From IMG/VR virus record IMGVR_UViG_3300029825_000389, positions 1 to 53,523 of that record: 53,523 nt of DNA. One strand, 5' to 3'. Within the stretch, counting starts at the first letter, position 1; every line of letters starts with the position of its first letter. Positions 27,160 through 34,556 of this stretch are shown in pieces. The notes beneath the pieces were generated by a model. It was not told the DNA's origin. It worked only from the letters and a program-made list of their open reading frames with translations, and did not search any database. Position numbers and translations under genes: made by a program. The stretch comes from a virus.

Positions 27160-28053
27160 TTATTCACCTCCAATACTTCTATCTTTAAGCCATTGGTCAT
27201 AATCCTTATAATCAATTATTTCCTTTGTGGAGTTATCAAGTCTTTTCGCAGGGCTCCATCTATCGCACGGAATATTTATATAACAAGACCTACAATTTGG
27301 ATGTGCTGGAATCTCTGGTTTATTATCGTCGTCAATATTATATATTTTTCCATCATGCTCTTTACAAAACTCTGACGTTTTATTATCAAGTGTTGCTGAA
27401 AATAACACTTTTTTAATCCCGGTACTTCTTCCAATATCTAAACCTGCCTGAGACTGTACCCTTGTAAGCTCTGTAACCATAAGTCTTTTACTTTCATATG
27501 CTGATACATTAAATGTTTTTTGTATCATGCTTCCAGCTTTATCAATAGTAGTATCACCCTTAGTAATCTCAACCAATGACTTATGAAGTTTATCTATCAT
27601 ATCAGCTTTATTTTGCCAAATGCGGTCTGAAAAAAGTTCACCATTGAATTTTGTATTTACTGCAGCATTAACAAGTTTATCATTTAAAACATTAAATTTT
27701 AAATTCACATCAAAGCTCTTATCCATAACAAAAGCATTTTTATAATAAACATCACTATAGGATTTTTTTAATATCTCAGTAACCTTATTTACCTCTGTTT
27801 CCCCTAAATCTTTTCCCATAGCTTTTAACTTAGAATTAATTTCAGCCATTACAGAGACTTTTACAGCCTTTGAAAGGGTTAATAGACCATCTATAGCATA
27901 CTTAATATAAAGAAGTCCTAGAAAGGTATGTAATTCATCAAGATGATATTTTTGATTCTTATATACAGTTTGCATTTGTTGATTGGCAAAATCCTCACCG
28001 TCAGCATTAATTTGCTCAATGGCACTTCTATATTCCTCAGGTACTTTATTCAT
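27160..28053 (-). CDS. Head morphogenesis protein (SPP1 gp7 / Mu F-like)
   Basis: C-terminal PAHPNCRSC motif. Lies after the portal gene. Confidence 0.75.
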   Translation of the reverse strand: MNKVPEEYRSAIEQINADGEDFANQQMQTVYKNQKYHLDELHTFLGLLYIKYAIDGLLTLSKAVKVSVMAEINSKLKAMGKDLGETEVNKVTEILKKSYSDVYYKNAFVMDKSFDVNLKFNVLNDKLVNAAVNTKFNGELFSDRIWQNKADMIDKLHKSLVEITKGDTTIDKAGSMIQKTFNVSAYESKRLMVTELTRVQSQAGLDIGRSTGIKKVLFSATLDNKTSEFCKEHDGKIYNIDDDNKPEIPAHPNCRSCYINIPCDRWSPAKRLDNSTKEIIDYKDYDQWLKDRSIGGE

Positions 28054-29353
28054 TTACAGCACCACCATCACTGGAATCAGAAACACTATTAAAAATTTCT
28101 TGTCCCACTTTATTAGGTTCATTTTCTGCATCACTTTTTTTAACTTCATTTTGTGGGTTAGATATAAAGCTAAATAAACTATACGTTGTTTCTTTTGGGA
28201 AGAAATCAGTACCAACTGCAGCAATCATTTGAGCTGTTGTTAAATCATCCTGCGGAATATTCGGTGTAAATTTAAGCTTTATGTCTCTAAAATCATAAAT
28301 CTCACCTTTTTCAATTTTTAGCCATAAAAAAAGCAATTGTAATCGTGTAATTATACAGTCTGCAATTGCTTTTTGATTGAGTTTACATTTTTCTTCAAGT
28401 GATATTAATCGAGATCTAAGGGCAATGCCTGAAAGATTACTCTGCATTTTTTCATTGTGATTAATATGCGCTGTTAGTTGATACATTTTATCTTCAATGG
28501 TAGTTAAAGTATTTTGTATGAAACTATCATTTATATTTTTAATAAGCCATGAAGCAACGCTTTTTTCTCCTGGAAGATTAATTATACCTAATTCTTTCAT
28601 TTTCGTAATCTGTTCCTTATCAAGCTCACAGCCTGCAAATGTAAGATAAGCATTTCTAAAATCAGATATTTCATTAGATATATCACTTAAATTGGTTTCA
28701 TATGCATCCTGTAAGCCTTTTATTGCATCATAGATAGTTCCATCTATCTTTGCAATTCCTACTGGCACTATACCAAATATATTAACTGTAGGAGGAGCTA
28801 TTTCACCAAATGCAAGGTCACAATGATATATAAATTGTGGTGTATATACATCAATAAAAGTCTTGGCATTAAACTTCTTTTGAAATATATGAAGAAAATA
28901 AGCAACCTTCCCTTTTTCGTCTAAATATGCGTAGCCATGCTGAGGGCTTATAATCTTGCATGAGAATTGATTACTACCCTGCAAATCTTCTTCAATATAA
29001 TAAAGTTCATAAACTATTCCATATTTATACAGCGTTTTACCGAGCTTACTATCATGTGCCGTACTCCAATGAGCCAAACTATAAGTAAGTGCATCTATTA
29101 TATTCTTATCTCCAGAGTTTGAAAGGTAAGCAATTTCATTTCCTAAACTGTAAGAGACTTCTTCATCAATAAATTTTTTTATAAAATTACATTTAGCTTT
29201 GTTGTTTGAACGTTCCGTAATAAGCTTGTAATTTTCCATTGCATCAGTATCACCCTTATAATAATCATGCATTTTATCATACTTAACATTTTTATATTGA
29301 TACTCTAAATAACAATTATGTAATAATGTCAATGTATCTGCGTCAAAAGCCAT
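28046..29353 (-). CDS. Portal protein
   Basis: Size and position directly after TerL. Confidence 0.8.
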   Translation of the reverse strand: MAFDADTLTLLHNCYLEYQYKNVKYDKMHDYYKGDTDAMENYKLITERSNNKAKCNFIKKFIDEEVSYSLGNEIAYLSNSGDKNIIDALTYSLAHWSTAHDSKLGKTLYKYGIVYELYYIEEDLQGSNQFSCKIISPQHGYAYLDEKGKVAYFLHIFQKKFNAKTFIDVYTPQFIYHCDLAFGEIAPPTVNIFGIVPVGIAKIDGTIYDAIKGLQDAYETNLSDISNEISDFRNAYLTFAGCELDKEQITKMKELGIINLPGEKSVASWLIKNINDSFIQNTLTTIEDKMYQLTAHINHNEKMQSNLSGIALRSRLISLEEKCKLNQKAIADCIITRLQLLFLWLKIEKGEIYDFRDIKLKFTPNIPQDDLTTAQMIAAVGTDFFPKETTYSLFSFISNPQNEVKKSDAENEPNKVGQEIFNSVSDSSDGGAVNE

Positions 29354-29370
29354 TATATCACCCCGTTTCC

Positions 29371-31158
29371 TTAAATTCCTAATAACCTTCTATCAAATAA
29401 TTTAACTTTCCGAATAACTTCTATACTTCCAATCCTATTTGCAAACTCTGCTGTTATATCCGGGGCATCATCATGAATTGAAAATTTTTGACCCCTAAAA
29501 TCTAAAATCTGATCAATAAATTCCTGATCCTCTTCAGCAAAAATAATCTGTCCTTTATTCATGTAAGGAATAATCGTGCTGATTTTATCATCCTTATTTT
29601 TTCTCTGCATTTCATTTATAATTTCAATATTTCGTACCCTTAAAACATCATCAGCATTAATTTTATTTTCTAATAAATTAGCATCTGCACCATTAAAAGT
29701 GTTTTTTTCAATATAAATATGAGTAATATCAGGGTATTCCTTTAAAAGCTCAATGCCATGGTCAATGTATTTATCAAAGTCAGTTCTAGCATTTATCCTT
29801 GCAAGTTCTGCTTTACGGGCATATTTTAAGTTGTTTTCACCCTCGGAACCCACTAAATAAGCACTATAATCTGATTTTCCGTTTGCAGTTGAAGCAGGAT
29901 CTATTAAAAGCATTGTTTTTATGAAGCTATGTGTTTCAATTTCTGCCCTTTTTTCTGTAGCAACTGTCTTAAACCACTTTTCGCCTATAGAATCAACATC
30001 ATTTTGCATTTCTTGTTTGTAGCTTGCAGGATTTTCATAATATTTTAATGCTTCATCTAGGCAGTCCCAGAACTCACTCCATAGCATAGGAAACTGCATA
30101 TCTTTTTCATGTTTCCAATAGAATTCTTTAGCATTTTCTAGATGATTTTCATCCTTAAAATTAAAAAGAACCTTATCAAATTCAAGCCATAAGCCTGTAT
30201 TAAAAAGATTGTCTAAGCCATTAACCTTTTCACCTTTCTCATTTATAAAATCATCAATTAAAATACCTTTTTTCTTTATAAATTTCCATGTAGGTTGCTT
30301 TAATAATCTCGAATAGAAACATTCTTTATGCTGCAAGGTTCCAAGAGCTATAAGTGTTGTACCTTTTTTAACTGTCTTGCCATTACGGATTACCGGCTTT
30401 TGAATAGCATACTTAACATCATCACTAAACCTCTTCCATTTTTTCTCTCTGGCTTCTTCTGTCTTAACATCTGGTTCAGATTGATAATCGTCTAATATTA
30501 TTAAGTCTGGTCTATTATTACCATATTTTCTACCTCTCATTGGAGAACTTGAAGAAATAGCTTCTATAAAAGTTTTGTTAGTAAATTCTAGCTGTGTGGA
30601 ATTACAAATATACCTTTTGTCCTTATCATCAAGCAGTTTCCCAAATGCTTTCTCAATATATTTATTTTCAAGAAAAGTATTCTTTATATCCTTGATGAAC
30701 TTTTCAGCAGTTGAGCCTATATCAGAACAAATGAGAGTATATTTTTTTATTCCATAGGCATGACACCAGCAAGTAGGAGCAAAATCAGCAAAAGCACTTT
30801 TACCGGTACCACGAGGTAAAATCCAGCCTCTTTGATTATTTCCGTCACCAATTATACTTTCCTGAATATCTCTCCAAATCTGATAGTGAACATCTGCAAG
30901 TGGAGCCGCAGTGTTATTTTCTTTCGGTAAAAATGTGTCCTGAAGAAAATACATACAAAAAAACTCGAGAGACTTAGCCCCAAGTGCCCACGCCAATCCG
31001 TGATAGTTAAAAAGATTATTAGAATTTTTTAAAATCATTTCTTCGGCTTTTATTTCTGAATTTTCTTCAGCCATTCCTACATCTATAAATATTTTTTGTA
31101 AATATTTATATAATAAAAATATATTTCTTTGATTGTCATTTTCAAATAAATCATCCAT
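29371..31158 (-). CDS. terL: Terminase large subunit
   Basis: Walker A-like LPRGTGKS. DD motif in IILDDYQ. Size of 595 aa. Confidence 0.85.
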   Translation of the reverse strand: MDDLFENDNQRNIFLLYKYLQKIFIDVGMAEENSEIKAEEMILKNSNNLFNYHGLAWALGAKSLEFFCMYFLQDTFLPKENNTAAPLADVHYQIWRDIQESIIGDGNNQRGWILPRGTGKSAFADFAPTCWCHAYGIKKYTLICSDIGSTAEKFIKDIKNTFLENKYIEKAFGKLLDDKDKRYICNSTQLEFTNKTFIEAISSSSPMRGRKYGNNRPDLIILDDYQSEPDVKTEEAREKKWKRFSDDVKYAIQKPVIRNGKTVKKGTTLIALGTLQHKECFYSRLLKQPTWKFIKKKGILIDDFINEKGEKVNGLDNLFNTGLWLEFDKVLFNFKDENHLENAKEFYWKHEKDMQFPMLWSEFWDCLDEALKYYENPASYKQEMQNDVDSIGEKWFKTVATEKRAEIETHSFIKTMLLIDPASTANGKSDYSAYLVGSEGENNLKYARKAELARINARTDFDKYIDHGIELLKEYPDITHIYIEKNTFNGADANLLENKINADDVLRVRNIEIINEMQRKNKDDKISTIIPYMNKGQIIFAEEDQEFIDQILDFRGQKFSIHDDAPDITAEFANRIGSIEVIRKVKLFDRRLLGI

Positions 31159-31171
31159 TCTATCACCTTAG

Positions 31172-32107
31172 TTATTTAGATAATATTTTCCACTTTAATG
31201 GTCTCCCGTTTAACTTTCCACAAGGTTTGTTATTCTTGATATTATTCGAAAGATTACCAAGTGACTTAATACCATAATACAAACAACCTTCTTTCATTGT
31301 ATTAAAAACTTTGCCAGTTGTAATGCAAACAACCTGTTTTGCACGAGGATTATTTTTGCCTTTTGCTATGCCTTTTTCCTTCCTAGTTTTACTTATTTTA
31401 ATTTTAATATCCTCAGAAAGATGTTTTCCTTTAAATGGAGCTACAATTTCACCATTTTTATACTTGTCTTTCATAGTATTGCTTTGTTTTTGTTTTGAAA
31501 TTTCACTTTGATGTTTGCCATAATTATGGTGGCTTCTACCGCAAATGTGTATGCCATACATAGGATTATTTTTGCCTTTTGCTACTTTTTTTAATATTCT
31601 AGTTTGACTAATTTTTCTTTTAATTTCTTCATCTAACATTCGGCCAGTTAAAGCTATACTCATCTTTTTACGAGTTTCAAACGAAAATTTTCTATTCTTT
31701 AAAGCTTTACTTATTTTTATTCTAGTTTCTATTTTTACTTTAGTTCCTAATCTAGCATTTCTAATTTTATTTCTTATAATATCCATTTCTTCGTTTGTTT
31801 TTCCGATAAAGGTATTACCACTATTACCACCGTCAGCAACATTATAATAGTCTTCGCTTTTAATAGCATTATAGTTTTTAATCCAATCTATCTCCAATCT
31901 ATTCAATTCATCAAACGAGTAAGCTATATCAACTATATTCCTATTGAAGTTTTGTCTGCCGTATTTTTTAATTGCTTTTAATAGCACTACTCCACTACCT
32001 AAATAGCTTTTCCATTTACCACTAAATATTTTCTGCCCTATATATCTTTTCCCATTAATCATATTAGTCGTAATATAGATGAAGCCATATGGATTAATTA
32101 TTTGCAT
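31172..32107 (-). CDS. GIY-YIG homing endonuclease with repeated NUMOD3-like DNA-binding motifs
   Basis: GFIYITTN...YIGQ...YLGSG motif. Repeated ...ETRxKIS.../GKNNP(M/R) modules. Start reset to ATG 32107 behind SD aggtggtga. Confidence 0.8.
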   Translation of the reverse strand: MQIINPYGFIYITTNMINGKRYIGQKIFSGKWKSYLGSGVVLLKAIKKYGRQNFNRNIVDIAYSFDELNRLEIDWIKNYNAIKSEDYYNVADGGNSGNTFIGKTNEEMDIIRNKIRNARLGTKVKIETRIKISKALKNRKFSFETRKKMSIALTGRMLDEEIKRKISQTRILKKVAKGKNNPMYGIHICGRSHHNYGKHQSEISKQKQSNTMKDKYKNGEIVAPFKGKHLSEDIKIKISKTRKEKGIAKGKNNPRAKQVVCITTGKVFNTMKEGCLYYGIKSLGNLSNNIKNNKPCGKLNGRPLKWKILSK

Positions 32108-32127
32108 TATAATCACCACCTAATAAT

Positions 32128-32178
32128 ATTATATCACAGTGATATCACTTTGTAAACATTGTGATATTGTGATACAAT
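32128..32178. promoter_or_regulatory. Back-to-back promoters with overlapping -35 hexamers and GTGATAT operator-like boxes
   Basis: Minus strand: TTTACA (plus 32151-56), 17 nt, TATAAT (plus 32128-33), driving the GIY-YIG gene. Plus strand: TTGTAA (32150-55), 17 nt, TACAAT (32173-78), driving the RHH gene. Both spacers contain GTGATAT(C) copies. Confidence 0.6.
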
Positions 32179-32196
32179 ATTATTCGAGGTGATAAC

Positions 32197-32340
32197 ATGG
32201 GTATTTCTAAGGATAATACCAGAACACTAATAACTATGTCTAAAGAGTTAAAGCAAAAATTAGAAGTAAAGGCTAAAGAAGAAAATAGAAGTTTTAATAA
32301 TTTTATAATTACTATATTAAAAAAATATTTAGAGGGATAA
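32197..32340 (+). CDS. 47-aa ribbon-helix-helix protein
   Basis: MGISKDNTRTLITMSKELKQKLEVKAKEENRSFNNFIITILKKYLEG; SD gaggtgata. Confidence 0.55.
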   Translation: MGISKDNTRTLITMSKELKQKLEVKAKEENRSFNNFIITILKKYLEG

Positions 32341-32370
32341 TTTAAAATTATTCCTTTGTTTTGTTCATCT

Positions 32371-32490
32371 TCATTTTGAAACATTATCATCATTTCCTTT
32401 ATTACTGTGGAACCAGTATCCAATAGAATCAGCTAATATAACTAAAACAAAAAATGTCATCCATGGATGCTGCATACACCAGTTATACAT
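32371..32490 (-). CDS. 39-aa putative membrane peptide
   Basis: MYNWCMQHPWMTFFVLVILADSIGYWFHSNKGNDDNVSK. SD aggtgga. Start abuts the upstream stop. Confidence 0.3.
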   Translation of the reverse strand: MYNWCMQHPWMTFFVLVILADSIGYWFHSNKGNDDNVSK

Positions 32491-32491
32491 T

Positions 32492-32650
32492 TTAGTTTCC
32501 ACCTACTTTCTTAACTTCGTGATTCTGAAAATACATAGGAGCTTTAAATCCATCAACTAGAACATGAAGTCCAGGGTAATTACAAGTCATAGTTCCATAG
32601 CCTTTTACGTCCCAAGCCTCTACATAAACTCTTTCTCCTACATCAAACAT
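32492..32650 (-). CDS. 52-aa hypothetical protein
   Basis: Strong SD tagaggtga followed by ATG. MFDVGERVYVEAWDVKGYGTMTCNYPGLHVLVDGFKAPMYFQNHEVKKVGGN. Confidence 0.45.
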   Translation of the reverse strand: MFDVGERVYVEAWDVKGYGTMTCNYPGLHVLVDGFKAPMYFQNHEVKKVGGN

Positions 32651-32920
32651 AAAATCACCTCTACTTTATATATGTCCAACCCATTTGAGCACTGTTAGGA
32701 GGCTTGACTGGATTTTCGGTTTTTAAAATTTATCACAGAAAATATGATGTCCATGACCGGCCTATTTCCATCTTCCCAAATTAGAAGGTACCCTGGGCAG
32801 GAACTCCACCCATCATGCTCTTAAACTATACCATTTTAGTTAACTTCGCTAAATTTTAATTTAACGACGTTCATTAAATTTCTCTCAACCCTAGTCATAC
32901 CAAGGCTTTCAAGCTTGTAT

Positions 32921-33325
32921 TTACTTAATAATTTTCAACTTTTTGAACTTATTTAGCTGCTCTTCGAGCTCATTCTCATTTACATTTCCATTATCTGTGT
33001 TGCTTTCTTCATCAACTACAGCCGTTGGATTTCCATATACTCTATTAAGTAAGTATTGATTAGCACTCAGACATACACGTTTATCGCTCTTATCCTTTGC
33101 TAATGCCTTAATACTATCTATATAAGTGTATACATCCTTTAAGATGTAGTTGTTACCTTGGTTTGCGAGGTCTTGTCTACGCCGGTCAAGCTCAGCCCTA
33201 GCATCATCATTATCTTTCCATGAGTAAATAGTCTGCCTACTTACTCCTATCTTTTTAGCAATATCAGTTATCCTCTCACCTTCAATAAGCATTGTAATCA
33301 TCTTCTCTTGATCTTTAGTAAGCAA
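32921..33325 (-). CDS. terS: Terminase small subunit (HTH)
   Basis: ITDIAKKIGVSRQTIYSWK HTH motif. Position follows the late regulator. TTG start behind SD aaggaggg. Confidence 0.65.
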   Translation of the reverse strand: MLTKDQEKMITMLIEGERITDIAKKIGVSRQTIYSWKDNDDARAELDRRRQDLANQGNNYILKDVYTYIDSIKALAKDKSDKRVCLSANQYLLNRVYGNPTAVVDEESNTDNGNVNENELEEQLNKFKKLKIIK

Positions 33326-33468
33326 CTCTATCCCTCCTTTACACTTAACACAGATAAAGACACCTAGAATTAGCTAAGTGTCTTTCTAAATACTTTCTAT
33401 GATAGTATAATAACACAGATTGTATTATATATATCTAATATAAATCTAATATATTTCTATGATTTTAC

Positions 33469-33882
33469 TTAGACATATATTAGAGGAATAAGTTTCTTTA
33501 TTATTTTACTCTTTAAACAAACACAATACATTTCATTTCTATCAATTATTTGTGCTATTACTTTAAATTGAAGCTTTCTAAAATATCTTAATTCTACTAA
33601 CTTCATTTCATCATCAGATAAAGTTTCTAAAGCATTATCAATCTTTTCTAATTGAACTTTAAGTTTATGTATCCTCTTCTTCAATTGATCTGGTCTCAAT
33701 GTTTCATTTTCAACTACACTATTAAATTTATTTGTAGGTGCTGACTTCTCTTCATAATTTATAGCTTTACATCCCGTACCTTCATTTTCTAACTCTTGTA
33801 ATTCAAGATCTATATTTTTAATTTCAGCCTTTATAGCTTTATAATTATATAAGTTTGATTCTACTCCTTTATAGTATTTCAT
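33469..33882 (-). CDS. ArpU/RinA-like late transcriptional regulator (sigma region-4-like)
   Basis: LYNYKAIKAEI..., ...LSDDEMKLVELRYF... Lies immediately upstream of the packaging genes. Confidence 0.6.
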   Translation of the reverse strand: MKYYKGVESNLYNYKAIKAEIKNIDLELQELENEGTGCKAINYEEKSAPTNKFNSVVENETLRPDQLKKRIHKLKVQLEKIDNALETLSDDEMKLVELRYFRKLQFKVIAQIIDRNEMYCVCLKSKIIKKLIPLIYV

Positions 33883-33910
33883 AGTAAACACCTCTTTTCA
33901 AAATGTCATT

Positions 33911-34051
33911 TTACTCATTCAGTTTCTTTTTACATTCTGCTTTTTCTGCCTGAAGCTTGGCAACTTGCTTAAAATCTTTTCTATTCTCAGCATCTAAAAT
34001 ATCAACTTCAATTTGCTTTATTTTTGTTTTATAAAAATCAGTAATTTCCAA
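33911..34051 (-). CDS. 46-aa coiled-coil hypothetical protein
   Basis: SD gaggtga followed by TTG; EITDFYKTKIKQIEVDILDAENRKDFKQVAKLQAEKAECKKKLNE. Confidence 0.3.
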   Translation of the reverse strand: MEITDFYKTKIKQIEVDILDAENRKDFKQVAKLQAEKAECKKKLNE

Positions 34052-34174
34052 TTTAGCTCACCTCATTTTGTTTACATTTAATTGAATTAATTGTTTTAAA
34101 TAACTTGTAATTAGTCCCATGTAATATTTTTACACAATATTTTTATATAAAATCGCTTATTTTTTAAATTTATC

Positions 34175-34556
34175 TGTAACCCTTTATAAACGTTGGCATC
34201 ACAATATTTATAAGCATTTTTACACCTCAAGGTTACTCTTTTGGTTACCCTTTTGAGTAACCTCTAAATCCTAGTGTTTTCAACAGTTTAAGGTATATTT
34301 TTTATGGTTACCCTTTTTGAAAAATAATGTGTGTATGTAATATATGTGTGACTATATTTCTCACGTAGAAGATATATATTTATATTTTGAGTAACTTATA
34401 TATATTGATATATATAAAGCATTGGAAACACTGGAATTAAGGCGGTTACCCAAAAGTAACTTTTGAATATTCATAATATTTTTAAAATAACCTTTAACCT
34501 ATGTAATGCCAATGCTTTTATATGGTTACTAAAAAGTTACTCTTAGGTTACCTTTT
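34175..34556. repeat. Iteron field (at least 9 copies of GGTTAC/GTAACC, often as GGTTACCCTTTT) around an AT/TA-rich block; probable phage replication origin
   Basis: Copies seen near 34178, 34231, 34243, 34254 (inverted), 34306, 34391, 34444/34455 (inverted pair), 34524, 34536 and 34546. A TATATA-rich core spans 34340-34420. Lies directly upstream of the primase-helicase gene. Confidence 0.6.

Noticed and set aside
32145-32423. 92-aa minus-strand ORF overlapping the RHH gene 32197..32340
   Set aside because: It has no SD and a low-complexity hydrophobic sequence. It runs through the divergent promoter region. The RHH ORF on the other strand has an SD, a promoter and paralogs.
32653-32920. 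A second group I intron or a tRNA in the terS-proximal non-coding segment
   Set aside because: The R-, S- and P-like strings occur in the wrong order, and no flanking split gene exists because terL looks complete. No cloverleaf with a T-loop (GTTCRANYC) or D-loop consensus could be drawn.
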